From the NCBI GenBank assembly GCA_050250895.1, contig JBFWNU010000002.1:128001-192000 (forward strand): DNA of 64,000 nucleotides. The letters are read 5' to 3'. The notes below the pieces were generated by a model, which was given only the letters and a program-made list of their open reading frames with translations, had not been told where the DNA came from and ran no database searches. A program made the translations under genes and the position numbers. This stretch comes from Vulcanimicrobiota bacterium (GTDB lineage Bacteria; Vulcanimicrobiota; Xenobia; Xenobiales; JADMJV01). Shown here in pieces: positions 1-10,084 of the stretch (the first letter of the stretch is position 1; every line of letters begins with the position of its first letter).

Positions 1-2146
1 CCAGGTGGCGGGCCAGAGCCACGGCCAGATTGTGATTCAGGATGTAGTTGCGGAAGTCGTCGGCGTTGAACCGTCGCCGAGCGCACATGGCTTGCTCGAA
101 GCGCCGAGTTTGGACCAACAAAAGCTCGGCCACATCGGGGTCGGGCTCCTTTCGGCTCTGCCAATCGAGTTGCCTCGGCTCGAGTCGGCTGCCGGGCAGG
201 CAGCGGTCCGCCAGTTGCTCGGTGGCCAGCCCTCGGTCCTGGGCCAGTTCTTCCAACTTGGCCATGGCCGCTTTGCGAAGCCCGGGATAGTGGGCGGCGT
301 AGGCCATCCGGAAGACTGCTTCCAGCGCCTCTGAAGTAGCCAGAGCGCCGAGGATGTCCAGGCCCGTCACCGCTCGGGCGTGGGCCGACTCGCCCGGCCA
401 GGCCTCGATCATTGGAACGAGCTGCCGCACGCAGCTCGCGTCGCCCAGCCAGACCAGGGTCCAGAAGGCCCAGTCGTCGCGTGCTTTGCCTCCCGAGTGG
501 AGCCAACGCTCGAACAAAGCCCAGGCAAATGCGGCCCGCGAATCGGTCGTCAACTGCTCGCGCACCAGCGAGATGCCGGCATAGACCTCGTCGGGGGTCG
601 AGATGGCCAGCCATTGCACCAGCCTGTTCACGGCCTGGACCGGTAGTCGCTGCTGACATTCGAGCACCAGCGGAGGCAGCTGTTCGAAGTCGAAAAATGC
701 GACCTTCTTCAGGTCGGGTAGCTTCTTGGGAAGGGCCTCGAGGGGAGTGGTCTCGAGCAGGTCGCGCACCAATTCACCCACCTGGTAACGCTCGGCCACT
801 TCAGCCACCAGCGAGCCATGACCCTCTCTGACCAGGATTTCGAGCCCCTCTTCGGCGCGGCGGTCCGCCTGAAAGAGAGCTGGTATAAGTCCGATAGCGG
901 CCGCTTCGGGGTGACGCAAGAGCCAGCGTCGGGCGGGGCGGCGCCGGGTGGGGTGACCGAGTTCGGCCGCCACCAGGGGAGCCAGCCGAGCCCAGCCCGC
1001 GGCCTGGATTTGCGGCAGCACTTCGGCCGGTCGCTCTTGCAACAGGACGGGAAGAGCCGCGGCCATGGCCGTCCCGAATCTGGCCAGGAGATGGTCGGTC
1101 ATCGACCACCCGAGAAAGTCGGCGGCCGGGTCCCAGTTGGCCAGAGCCAGCCGAGCGTCCTGGTCAGACAGATAGAAGAAGTCGACCGCTCCATAGGGGG
1201 GCTCGGGCTGGTAGTCGGGCTTTGGCTTGAAGGTGGGGCGCTCGTGCTCGCGCCAGTCCAGGTAGAGTTCGTGTTCCAGAGGCTCGATAGCCAGCTTCTT
1301 GCGCTTGCGCGATTTCTTTTCTAGCGGCTGGGCCAGCACCTCGGGCCAGTTCTCTGGGGCGGCTTCGGGAAGCCTGCTGTCAGCGCCCCTGGCCGGCAGC
1401 AGGACGGGCCTAAGTTCAGCCGGACAGAGTCGGGCCGTGCCCTCGGGATAGCGACGGGCCGCTTCCAGACAGGCCGCTCGCGCCGCACTATGCTCCCAGC
1501 TAGAAAAGAGCCATTCAAGAGCCGCGTCATCCGGCAAGAGTGCGAGTAAAGAATAGGCTCTGGCGACATCTCGCGCCGGGCGCTCCTCGGCCTGGCTGGT
1601 GCGCTCGAGATACTCCCGTAAGAAGGGAAAAGCGGCTGACCCCAACCGGTCGACCAGAGGATAGAGTCCTTCGATCTCGGGAGGCTCTTGGCGGGCCAGA
1701 GCTTCGGCGCTAGCCACCTCCTTCAGGCTGTGATAAAGCAGTCGGACCAGGCCGAAACCGCCCTCGGGCGGGGTCAGGCGCAGGGCTTCCTGCAGCCAGT
1801 CCTGTCGCTGCGGGAAAAGGTAGGCCCGGGCGATCGACGGATCGGTCGAGGCAGCCCGCTCTTCGGCCCCGCTATAGTCGCAGGCCGCCAGATGCCGGCG
1901 CAAACGTGGCAGAGCGAACTCGGGCCTCTGGGCCAGCAGCAGGACCTCGGTGGTATACTCTGCTCCCCGAGCGGCCATCATCCAGTCCACTTCCAGGGCT
2001 CCCCATCCCCCCCGGCGTGCCTGTTCTATTACGGCCTGATGAGGGGGATCGGCAGGATACTGCCCGGGAAGCCTGGCTGGTGGCGGCAAGGTCGTCTCGC
2101 CAGGCCAGGGATGGAGCCAGTGCCGCAGGTGCGCAGGGAGTCTCAT
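1..2146 (-). CDS. DUF4132-domain protein, partial (runs off the left edge; absent from ORF track)
   Basis: Hand translation from ATG 2146 (SD-like AAGGGG upstream) is open to position 2. Contains WPGESAHARAVTGLDILGAL, LADRCLP and RFEQAMCARRRF..DDFRNYILNH..LARHL, typical of DUF4132/MolR-like proteins. Confidence 0.8.
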   Translation of the reverse strand, partial: MRLPAHLRHWLHPWPGETTLPPPARLPGQYPADPPHQAVIEQARRGGWGALEVDWMMAARGAEYTTEVLLLAQRPEFALPRLRRHLAACDYSGAEERAASTDPSIARAYLFPQRQDWLQEALRLTPPEGGFGLVRLLYHSLKEVASAEALARQEPPEIEGLYPLVDRLGSAAFPFLREYLERTSQAEERPARDVARAYSLLALLPDDAALEWLFSSWEHSAARAACLEAARRYPEGTARLCPAELRPVLLPARGADSRLPEAAPENWPEVLAQPLEKKSRKRKKLAIEPLEHELYLDWREHERPTFKPKPDYQPEPPYGAVDFFYLSDQDARLALANWDPAADFLGWSMTDHLLARFGTAMAAALPVLLQERPAEVLPQIQAAGWARLAPLVAAELGHPTRRRPARRWLLRHPEAAAIGLIPALFQADRRAEEGLEILVREGHGSLVAEVAERYQVGELVRDLLETTPLEALPKKLPDLKKVAFFDFEQLPPLVLECQQRLPVQAVNRLVQWLAISTPDEVYAGISLVREQLTTDSRAAFAWALFERWLHSGGKARDDWAFWTLVWLGDASCVRQLVPMIEAWPGESAHARAVTGLDILGALATSEALEAVFRMAYAAHYPGLRKAAMAKLEELAQDRGLATEQLADRCLPGSRLEPRQLDWQSRKEPDPDVAELLLVQTRRFEQAMCARRRFNADDFRNYILNHNLAVALARHL

Positions 2147-2182
2147 CGCGGCCCCTTCGCTATCGGGCGGCGCGAGCCTGGC

Positions 2183-2476
2183 ATGCGGTCGAGCGTTAAC
2201 AAAGAGCCCGCCACCAACAAGGCCCTGGTCGTGCACGATGCCGCAACCCTCGACTTCATGGGGGCCATGGGAGCGGCTCGCATTCTGGCCATCATCGGCA
2301 AAGAAACGCCCGACCTGGCTGGCTCGGTGCGCCTACTCGAGAGCCTGGCCGCGGCCGCGCCGACAAGCATCAAGAGCGGTCCTTACGCCGAGCAACTGGC
2401 CGCCCAACGTCTGGCCGAGATGCGGACCTTCCTCGATCAGTTGCAGGAGGAAAGTTATCAGGGTCAGCATCTCTAG
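2183..2476 (+). pseudogene. C-terminal half of an HD-domain phosphohydrolase
   Basis: HDAATLDFMGAMGAAR resembles the D-x-D-x-LD-x-x-GA-x-G-x-x-R motif and is followed by an 'A..R...M..FL.QL..E' tail. The N-terminal HD motif is absent. Confidence 0.5.
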
Positions 2477-3279
2477 CGGACCCGCCCCGCCGCCCAATCG
2501 GCCTGGACCTTTTTGAGAATCGTCATACGCTGGGCCAGCGGTGGGTGGCTCAGGCTCTCACCGGTGTGACCGCTGCCGAACTCTTTGATTCCTCGGGCCA
2601 GGAGCTTGTCCAGCGCCGTCCCGAGGCCCTCATGAGAATAGCCGGCTGTGACAGCATAACGAAGCCCGACAATGTCGGCCGTGATTTCATCCGAGTGTTT
2701 CAGCTGGCGCTGATACTTTAGTTCTCCCTCGATGTTCTTGAGTTTGCGCTCGATGTCACTGACCTTGCGATTTACCGTGACCATCTTGCTATGATACTCC
2801 ATCGAATCCGTGCTCTGGGTCTCGGCCTGGATTTTCTGGGCCATCTCCTGGGCCTGGCTGGCTTCGAGCAAAACTTCCAGCATCCGGCGTTGCAGGTTGA
2901 GCACCCGGGCAGTGTGCTGCTCGGTGCCATGAGCGACCTCGTGGGCCAGCACCCCCGCCAACTCGTCGTCGGTCAGGCCCATGTCGAGTAAACCGGTCGA
3001 CACCACCACCACGCCCTCTCCGAAGGTGAAGGCCTGGGGCTCTGTGTCCTCCACGAGGTGAAACTTCCAGGTCACTCGCCGCTTGCTGGCCCGGGCCACC
3101 GTCTCGCCAATCGACTGCACCCGGGCGGCGGCCTGACGGTCCCCCGAAGGCACCAATTTGCCCTGCTGGACGCCCGATTCGTAGACGGCTGTTGCCAGGC
3201 GTGAAATCTCGCTGGTTTGGGCTTGTGCTACCGAGAAAATAGCCAGCAGTAGCATGGTGAGGAAAAGCTGGATTCTCAT
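2473..3279 (-). CDS. M48 family Zn metallopeptidase, secreted
   Basis: Signal peptide MRIQLFLTMLLLAIFSVAQA; ELAGVLAHEVAH, DEITAD and SHPP motifs. Confidence 0.9.
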   Translation of the reverse strand: MRIQLFLTMLLLAIFSVAQAQTSEISRLATAVYESGVQQGKLVPSGDRQAAARVQSIGETVARASKRRVTWKFHLVEDTEPQAFTFGEGVVVVSTGLLDMGLTDDELAGVLAHEVAHGTEQHTARVLNLQRRMLEVLLEASQAQEMAQKIQAETQSTDSMEYHSKMVTVNRKVSDIERKLKNIEGELKYQRQLKHSDEITADIVGLRYAVTAGYSHEGLGTALDKLLARGIKEFGSGHTGESLSHPPLAQRMTILKKVQADWAAGRVR

Positions 3280-3398
3280 TCGTATGAATTCAAATCGGAA
3301 TGGACTACTCCTCCAAGGTTCTAGGTATGGGGCAAAGTCGATCCACCGGTTCAAGAAAAATTCAGGCCCGGCCGTTATCCTGTCTCAAAGGGAGTGCC

Positions 3399-4541
3399 AT
3401 GCGAATCGATGCAGCCACTCCAGCCAGGCAACCTCTCACCGCCGTCAGCGCCTATATCGACGCCAAGTCGGCTCATATCGAAACCCTCAAGCTAAGGGCC
3501 GTGGACCGCTTCGAGCGGGCCGAGCACCAGGCTGACGGTCAACTGCAGGTGCTGCTTGACGGCCAGCGTCACTCGCGCACCCACGACGGTCTGCTCTTTA
3601 CCGCCATCGGCCTTCTTCCCGCTGCCCTGTGCACAGCCGCCGGCTACACCATGGCCGGTTCTGTCGGCGCTCTGGCCGGAACCGGAGCCGGCCTGGCCCT
3701 GTTCGCGCTACCGGCCACCTTCTTTCTCCACCGGGCTCTCAAAGCGCCCCAGTGGAAAGCCGAGCAACGTCTGGAAATCAACGGCCCCAGCCGTCCCTCG
3801 CTTGAGCCAGCCGGCACTCAGCGGTTGGCCTCGCTGGTTGAAGAGAGCCGTAGTCGGGCTCCTCAAGCTCGCCAGATACTCTTCTTGAGCGGTCACGGCA
3901 ACCGCAGCCAGGTAGCCAACATGGACATGGAAGCCCTCGGCCAGAGCATGGGCGACCACCCCGTCGACATCACCATTCTGGACGCTTGTCTGGTGGGCCA
4001 GCTCGAGGTCATGTCCAGGCTAGCGCCGTGGGCCGGTCTGGTGCTGGCCTCGGCCCATCCCATCCGGGCCCGGGGTCTTGAGCTCGAGAACATCCTGCGG
4101 CCCGAGCACCTCAACCAGCCCGATGCCACCCAGGCCGCCGTAGCCATGGCCAAAGAGGCGGTCAGCACCACCCCGAGCTTTGCCGTCATCGACACCGCTC
4201 GCCTCCAGAGCCAACTGCTACCGGCCCTGGATCGGCTGGGTGAACGGCTGGCGGCCGACCCCGGGCCAGTGCGCCCGGTGCTGGCCCAAAGCTTGTCGAG
4301 CAATGGCTTGTTAAGTGCCCGCGTCGATCTGGGCAGTTTCTTGACCAAACTCAGTGAAGCTCGACCCGACCATCAAGAGGCTCAAGAGGCGCTGCGGGCC
4401 TATCGGGCCTGCGTGCCTTTCCAGAAGAACCAGCACGGAATCTCGTTTCATCTGCGGGCAGGTCGCAACGATCCCACCCTGCCGCTCGGCTGGCGAAAGT
4501 TCCTGACTCAGCTCGATCGTGACTTCAAGCCTCTCTGGTAG
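3399..4541 (+). CDS. Clostripain-like (C11/caspase-fold) peptidase with N-terminal TM hairpin
   Basis: LFLSGHG and ILDACLVGQLEV His/Cys dyad motifs; GGGAG SD before ATG 3399. Confidence 0.7.
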   Translation: MRIDAATPARQPLTAVSAYIDAKSAHIETLKLRAVDRFERAEHQADGQLQVLLDGQRHSRTHDGLLFTAIGLLPAALCTAAGYTMAGSVGALAGTGAGLALFALPATFFLHRALKAPQWKAEQRLEINGPSRPSLEPAGTQRLASLVEESRSRAPQARQILFLSGHGNRSQVANMDMEALGQSMGDHPVDITILDACLVGQLEVMSRLAPWAGLVLASAHPIRARGLELENILRPEHLNQPDATQAAVAMAKEAVSTTPSFAVIDTARLQSQLLPALDRLGERLAADPGPVRPVLAQSLSSNGLLSARVDLGSFLTKLSEARPDHQEAQEALRAYRACVPFQKNQHGISFHLRAGRNDPTLPLGWRKFLTQLDRDFKPLW

Positions 4542-4830
4542 AGAACTCCTCGAGGCATTCGATCTGGGCCGCCCGCAGGGCCAGCCCGCGCAACTCGTCT
4601 AGTTCGGTCACGGCCGCCAGGGACGCTTCGAGAGCCTTGGGCAAGGCGCCGAAACGACCCACCAAAAGAGATACCACCATCTGGCGCGCCCCTTCCAGTT
4701 GGCCCTCCTGGCGACCCTCAGCCCGGCCTTCCTGGCGACCCTCAGCCCGGCCTTCCTGGCGACCCTCAGCCCGGCCCATCTCAAGGCCCTTCTCGATACC
4801 CATCTGTTCAATCGAGGAAATATACGGCAC
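4525..4830 (-). CDS. Predicted internally initiated small C-terminal protein (RpnS-like)
   Basis: In-frame GTG at 4830 preceded by AAGGAGG-acaac. Confidence 0.55.
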   Translation of the reverse strand: MPYISSIEQMGIEKGLEMGRAEGRQEGRAEGRQEGRAEGRQEGQLEGARQMVVSLLVGRFGALPKALEASLAAVTELDELRGLALRAAQIECLEEFSTREA

Positions 4831-5538
4831 GTTGTCCTCCTTCTCATACTCTGCCAGCTTCTCTAGAAAATGTAAAGAGTGTGGCGGTGGCAGAGCCATC
4901 AGCCAGTCTAACAGTCGGATCAACTTTGCGATGTCGCCTCGGCTAAAGCCTCGATGGAAGAGACCCCGATAGAGGCGGGCCTTTGTCTCGGCCCGCTTCT
5001 TGTAGTTGCGGCGCGTGGCCTGGGTCCAGAGGTGAAACGACACAAAGGCTGCGAAAGGGTTCTGGTTGTTTTCGAGTTCGTCGAGGCGGGGGCGCAAGTC
5101 GGTCAGTTTCACGACCGGAAACTGGAACTCGGTGCGACATCCAAATCGCTCCCAACTGAATCCTTGTGGACGCCAGCTTGGCGAGGGGTCCGCCAGAATG
5201 GCCAGGCTGCAGATGTCCTCACCGAACCGGTCGAACACGCGATAATGATAGACATAGGCGCGACGAGCAAAGTCCCGGTCATGCTGGGTTTGGACCTCGA
5301 TCTGAAAGTAGAACCGTCCCGGTCGGCCGTTGCGTTGGCGCGCCTGCAGGAGCAGGTCGGTTCGTCTTGGGCCAGCCCTGGCCTGGCGAGTGACGGCTGA
5401 GAGTTCCTTGTCTAGCGAAACGACCGGCGCAGACCAATCGAGTTGGGCGGCGATAGCGGGAAAGAAAAACTCTAGAAACGGTTGGAAGAAGTCGACCAGA
5501 GCGTCTTTCCAGGGAGAATCATAGGCATCGTTTGGCAT
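4525..5538 (-). CDS. Rpn/DUF4351-type PD-(D/E)XK nuclease (putative transposase family), intact
   Basis: YDSPWKDAL, LDKEL, DLLL, QIEVQ and RAYVYHYRVFDRF motifs, xEGR repeats and RFG C-terminal domain. Confidence 0.9.
   Translation of the reverse strand: MPNDAYDSPWKDALVDFFQPFLEFFFPAIAAQLDWSAPVVSLDKELSAVTRQARAGPRRTDLLLQARQRNGRPGRFYFQIEVQTQHDRDFARRAYVYHYRVFDRFGEDICSLAILADPSPSWRPQGFSWERFGCRTEFQFPVVKLTDLRPRLDELENNQNPFAAFVSFHLWTQATRRNYKKRAETKARLYRGLFHRGFSRGDIAKLIRLLDWLMALPPPHSLHFLEKLAEYEKEDNVPYISSIEQMGIEKGLEMGRAEGRQEGRAEGRQEGRAEGRQEGQLEGARQMVVSLLVGRFGALPKALEASLAAVTELDELRGLALRAAQIECLEEFSTREA
4706..4776 (-). repeat. 24-bp tandem repeat x3 encoding AEGRQEGR
   Basis: tcctggcgaccctcagcccggcc(t) repeated three times. 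Confidence 0.95.
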
Positions 5539-5602
5539 GGTCGTGGCTACTTCGCCAGAGTCGACGATGGCCCCGTCGAAGGAGTTGCTAACTCTTGTTC
5601 AC
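5539..5602 (-). promoter_or_regulatory. Conserved 5' leader, copy 1 of 3
   Basis: + strand cccgtcgaaggagttgctaact; ttgctaact starts 47 nt from the start codon, as at 13680 and 30528. Confidence 0.6.
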
Positions 5603-8600
5603 GATTGGTTCGCTGGCGAACCTATCAGCCTCCGGTAGGTCTGCTCTAGCAAGGGATGGCTCTCTCGCAGAGCGCGCAGGTCCAGGCGGGGTCCGAAGGC
5701 CCGTTCGAGCACCAGGTAGTCCCTTAGAGTGGCCCACTGGGCGGCCTCATCCATCAACTCTCCCAGGCGAAGGTGGTGGGCTCGGCGAGCCAGGGCCTCG
5801 CGCAGGGCCGGTCGCTCCAAAACGCTAGTGAGCCAGGGCCAGCCGGTCATGATATCGAGGCCCTCGGCCAGTCGGTGCAGTTGGTCATCGGCCAGGTGGG
5901 GCAGCCAGGCCAGCGTACCACCGGGAATTTGCTCACTGGCCAGGGCCGCTTGCAGTCGGCGCTCAGGCGAAATCACATCGGCCAGACCCAGCCCCCCTTG
6001 CCGACCACCACCCAGGCGGAGCCACTGGTCGAAGGCGATCCCGTCGCCCGCCAGGGCCTGGGCCAGCAGCGAGCCCTCCAGGCGAACGTCTCGGAAACCG
6101 GGCGGGGGCTCTCCCGGAGTCTTTCCCTGCGACCAGGCAAATAGGTTGAGGGCTTTGTCCGTCACGGCGCCGGTCAGACCGTAGCGCTGGGCCACCGCCC
6201 GGGGGTCGACCAGCCCCAGCCAGGCCACTGCTTCGAGCAACTCCGACGGCTTGCCCTGACCGCGTCGCAGGGCGCGCACCAATCGCCGGGTTAGTCGCGG
6301 CAGGGCCAACTCGCGCAGCGCGTTGAGCCAGTCGGGCTCGCGGCTCCACTCCAGGCCGGAGGGTGGCTCGTAGCTAGCCGCAGAGCCACCGCAGCGAGCC
6401 GCCGCCCGGGCCAGGGTCAGGCTGGTAGGATGGCGCTCGAGCAGATTCTCGAGCCAGTGGCGGTCGCGCGGGTCGGACTGAGTGCCCAGCGCCAAGGCCG
6501 TCTGCTCGAGTTCGTCCATCTCTCGGCAACGGCGCAGGCGGCGACGCAGGGGGCCGGTCAATTCCGGCAGGCGATGGCGCTGGGCCAGCCTCACCAGGGC
6601 GGGTTGCAACCGACCTTTCCAGCGCCGGCCGCCGAGATAGATGCGACCGTCTCGCAGCCAGGCCACCTCGATGAGATCCGTCACCCCAGCCACCGTTACC
6701 GAGGCCAGGCTCAGCAGGTCTTGCAGGCAATCCAGCAACTCTTCGATAGGCAGCAGCACGAGAGCCGGCGGAACTAGAACGTTGCCGCGGTGTTCGTGCC
6801 AGCTGCCGCCTACCCGGCCACCCGCCGACAGACGCAGAACGCGAGCCAGTTGACGCATTCCCTGCAGGCTGGGGCGGCAACCCTCGATAAGCGCCGAGAG
6901 CTTGTGATAGACCGGCCATTCGAGCCAGCCAAACCACCCCTCCCAGCTCAAGGCCACCAGCGTTTGGAGAGGATAGAGCGAGTTCAGCATGCTGGTCGAG
7001 GTGGGCAGGCCCCAGCGTATCCACCAGAACAGGTCCGAAGCACTGGCCGGAACAAAGCCCGGGCTGGTCAGACCCGATCGCAAGCAGAGCGAGGCCCAGG
7101 CCTGGCGACCATCGGACTTGTCTGGCCAACCGGTGGGGGGGCGAACCGACTGGTTGGACCAGGCCACCTCGCCGTCGTCGTACCAACAGTCGAGCGTTTC
7201 CAACGATTCGGGCTTGCCGCGCCCGGTCAGGCGCAATCCGCAGCGGGCCGCAAAACGGCGGCAGAACTCCTCCATCACCAGTTCGCCACCATGGAGGTGG
7301 CTGTAGGTATGATAGCCGAGCAATCCGCCGCCGTTGGTGGCGGCCAGTAGTTTGCGCATCACGATCTTGCCTTGCTGATCCAGACCGTAGACCACTCGCT
7401 TGTTGACCTCCAAGGCATTGAGCACGGCGCTCGAGGCGCACGAGCCACTTTCGAGCGATAGACAGGTGCCAAACGGCACGCCCATCTCGACGATTTGCCA
7501 GGGATCGTTTTCGACTCGCAGAGTCACGGCCCGACCGCTAATCTCGACCCTCTCCTCCAACCCGTCAAGCCAGGCCCGCACCTGCAGGCCACGACCGGCG
7601 GCCTGCTCCAGCCAGGCACGATTTTTGGGCGCCTGTTCACGCCAGTTCGAGAAGTTCCGCAAGCGCTCGAACAGTGGACCCAGCTCTAGCCCCACCCCCA
7701 AGAGGCGGGCTACCCGCCGTGGGTTCTCCTGGGGACCCTTCAGGCGCGTCAACAGCCGCCCGCAGGCTCGCTCTTGGGCCAGCTCAAGACAAGCCCGGCG
7801 CTCGCGCTCGAGAGCTTTGGCCAGATACTTGGCCTGCCGCCGGCCGTTGGCTCTGGCCAGACGCCAACGATGGGTGGGGTCTTCCAGGCGAGCCAGCCGA
7901 GCACTCAACTCGGACCTTTCGGGATAGTCCGCCACCAACTTGCGCAGGACAACCAGTTCGCGGCCATCGTCAGGCTCGAGCCGGGCCGGAAGGGGCGGTT
8001 TGCCCTGCCATTCGCGCAAGCGAACCAGTTCGTCGAGTCCACCCTCGGCCGGCGGCAGGGCGGCCAGCTCGTCGGTCAGGCCAGTGGACGGAAAGAGTTC
8101 ACCGATCACCGAGAGCAGCCTGGCCGTCGGTCGCTTGATTTCTGCCAGCAGCGACAACCCGAAGGCCTCTTTGTGCCCGGCTCGCTGAGCCAGGTTTTTC
8201 AAGGTTTCAGGGGGCACGCCGGCTTCGACCAGTCGGCAATACCAGGTCAGCAAGCGTCGATACTGGCGGCGGCCGAGATTCCACGCAAAGGGCAGGTCCC
8301 GGCCGGGCGACAGCTCGAGGGCGCGCACCACCAGGCTCGCTTCGCCCCCTAGCAAAAAGACAGCCCGGTAGGCCGCTGCCGAGCCAACAGAGAACAGTCG
8401 CGCGGCCTCATTCCAGGCCTTATCCGAGGCTTGCCGAGCCTCGTCCACGAACTCTAGCACCGTGGGGTCGGTCCCCTCCAGGGGCAGAAAGCGACCGGGC
8501 ACAATCAGCGACACGGCCAGGGCCGAGACCCAATCCCGCTGCTCGACCTGGGCTAGGCTGCGAGCCAGCCAGGCCTGTCGAAACTGACCCAGTCCGCTTT

Positions 8601-9132
8601 CCCCGTTGCCGGGGCACAGCGCCATCAGTTCTTCGAGCGACAGCGACAATTCGCCGGCCAGACGCAAGAAGAGACGGGCCTGAACCTGGCGACCCCTTCC
8701 GAGGAATCGCTGGTCAGTCCAGCCTTGCGCCCGGTCGACCCTGCGCAGGTGCGGCCGCCACGGACCCAGCAGGGCGCGCAGCGCGTAGCGCACCGCTGGG
8801 GTCGAGTAGAGCTGGTAGATGAGCAGCAGCGCTCGCCTGGCCGGTTCGGTGAAGTCGACTGGCAGGTGAGCAAAGACGGGCACTTCAAGCTGTGGCGGTT
8901 TGGCCAGTGTCCCCAGTCTGGCCCGCCGGGATGAATCCAGGCGCAGAGCCCGAGCGCCCGTGGCCGCAGCCAGCTGGGCGGGACACGGCGCCAGCTCGTC
9001 GAGCAACAATTCTGCCAGCCTCCGCGGACAGGGAGGCTGAGCGGCCGGCTGCAAGAGCCACCATTCTCCGGTGCTATGAAGGTAGCGAAAGCCCCGTTTT
9101 AGATCGCGTTTTCGCACAGCTAATATTGGCAT
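5599..9132 (-). CDS. Large hypothetical protein (1177 aa)
   Basis: Long ORF with host-like codon usage; central enzyme-like block EMGVPFGTCLSL..NKRVVY..RKLLA; helical C-terminal part. Confidence 0.8.
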   Translation of the reverse strand: MPILAVRKRDLKRGFRYLHSTGEWWLLQPAAQPPCPRRLAELLLDELAPCPAQLAAATGARALRLDSSRRARLGTLAKPPQLEVPVFAHLPVDFTEPARRALLLIYQLYSTPAVRYALRALLGPWRPHLRRVDRAQGWTDQRFLGRGRQVQARLFLRLAGELSLSLEELMALCPGNGESGLGQFRQAWLARSLAQVEQRDWVSALAVSLIVPGRFLPLEGTDPTVLEFVDEARQASDKAWNEAARLFSVGSAAAYRAVFLLGGEASLVVRALELSPGRDLPFAWNLGRRQYRRLLTWYCRLVEAGVPPETLKNLAQRAGHKEAFGLSLLAEIKRPTARLLSVIGELFPSTGLTDELAALPPAEGGLDELVRLREWQGKPPLPARLEPDDGRELVVLRKLVADYPERSELSARLARLEDPTHRWRLARANGRRQAKYLAKALERERRACLELAQERACGRLLTRLKGPQENPRRVARLLGVGLELGPLFERLRNFSNWREQAPKNRAWLEQAAGRGLQVRAWLDGLEERVEISGRAVTLRVENDPWQIVEMGVPFGTCLSLESGSCASSAVLNALEVNKRVVYGLDQQGKIVMRKLLAATNGGGLLGYHTYSHLHGGELVMEEFCRRFAARCGLRLTGRGKPESLETLDCWYDDGEVAWSNQSVRPPTGWPDKSDGRQAWASLCLRSGLTSPGFVPASASDLFWWIRWGLPTSTSMLNSLYPLQTLVALSWEGWFGWLEWPVYHKLSALIEGCRPSLQGMRQLARVLRLSAGGRVGGSWHEHRGNVLVPPALVLLPIEELLDCLQDLLSLASVTVAGVTDLIEVAWLRDGRIYLGGRRWKGRLQPALVRLAQRHRLPELTGPLRRRLRRCREMDELEQTALALGTQSDPRDRHWLENLLERHPTSLTLARAAARCGGSAASYEPPSGLEWSREPDWLNALRELALPRLTRRLVRALRRGQGKPSELLEAVAWLGLVDPRAVAQRYGLTGAVTDKALNLFAWSQGKTPGEPPPGFRDVRLEGSLLAQALAGDGIAFDQWLRLGGGRQGGLGLADVISPERRLQAALASEQIPGGTLAWLPHLADDQLHRLAEGLDIMTGWPWLTSVLERPALREALARRAHHLRLGELMDEAAQWATLRDYLVLERAFGPRLDLRALRESHPLLEQTYRRLIGSPANQS

Positions 9133-9184
9133 AGGACTCGCGGGCTGTCAACAGGAGGAAAGGCTGTCCTACGAGTAACCACTG

Positions 9185-10009
9185 GTGATGAAACGATTGC
9201 TACTGGGGATCATCACCGCCGCCTGGCTGGTCTCACCAGCCCAGGCCTGGAACGCCGAAGGCCACCGGACTGTGGCCGAAGTGGCCGGGCCCGACCTGTC
9301 GCCCCGCGCCAGGGCCGAGATTCGCCTGCTCTTGCACGAGCATCCCGACCAGGACATCAGTCTGGCCGAGGCCGCTGTCTGGCCCGACAAGATCCGCGAC
9401 GACGAGCGCTACGACCATCCCGAGTGGCACTACACCAACATCCCCTTCTTCGACGGGGTGGCCCCTCGCCGTCTGCCCGACCGTGTCGACATTCGCTGGG
9501 CCATCAATCACAACACTCGCATCCTTAAAGACCGGCGAGCCAGTCGACGCCAGAAGGCCATCGCCCTGAGCTGGCTGGCCCACCTGATCGGCGACATCCA
9601 CCAGCCGCTGCACGCCACCAGTCGCTTCGCGCCCGAGACTCCCAACGGTGATAGGGGAGGAAACGACTACCTCATTCATCTGCGCCCTGACGACGAGGGG
9701 GTCAAGCTGCACAGCTATTGGGACGCCGCCGGCGGCCTCTATCTGCACGGAGCCAACAGCAGCCGGGTGGTCCACCTGGCTCGCGATTTTCGGGCCGAAC
9801 TGCCCCGGGTCGAGGCAGAGGTTGCCGTGGTCGACCCGCGCGCCTGGGCTGATGAAAGCCACGACCTGGCCACCGAGGTTGTCTATCACGACCTGCATCC
9901 CGGTGACCTGCTCTCGAACGACTACATCACCAGGGCTCGCCAGACGTCGAAAAAGCGGATGACGCTGGCCGGCTACCGCCTGGCCGATTTTCTCAATCGA
10001 GTCTTCTAG
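9185..10009 (+). CDS. S1/P1 nuclease, secreted
   Basis: Signal peptide then WNAEGH, WPDKIR, WHY, HLIGDIHQPLH, GDRGGN and LHSYWD. Confidence 0.93.
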   Translation: MMKRLLLGIITAAWLVSPAQAWNAEGHRTVAEVAGPDLSPRARAEIRLLLHEHPDQDISLAEAAVWPDKIRDDERYDHPEWHYTNIPFFDGVAPRRLPDRVDIRWAINHNTRILKDRRASRRQKAIALSWLAHLIGDIHQPLHATSRFAPETPNGDRGGNDYLIHLRPDDEGVKLHSYWDAAGGLYLHGANSSRVVHLARDFRAELPRVEAEVAVVDPRAWADESHDLATEVVYHDLHPGDLLSNDYITRARQTSKKRMTLAGYRLADFLNRVF

Positions 10010-10041
10010 AAGTCTTCCAGGCGAACCACCCGGGCCGCGAG
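10006..10041 (-). pseudogene. Tiny remnant of an Rpn 3' end
   Basis: Encodes LAARVVRLEDF*. DNA aagtcttccaggcg matches the Rpn ends at about 12465 and 18729. Confidence 0.55.
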
Positions 10042-10084
10042 CCCACCTCTGGACCAGTCACCAGCCGGCTCGTGCCAACCGGCT

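Noticed and set aside
1688-2182. 5' part of ORF 1688..2476
   Set aside because: Overlaps the DUF4132 gene on the opposite strand; only the part after 2183 is protein-like.
5575-5595. Shared leader as a sigma54 promoter
   Set aside because: No GG-N10-GC (TGGCAC-N5-TTGC) arrangement on the coding strand.
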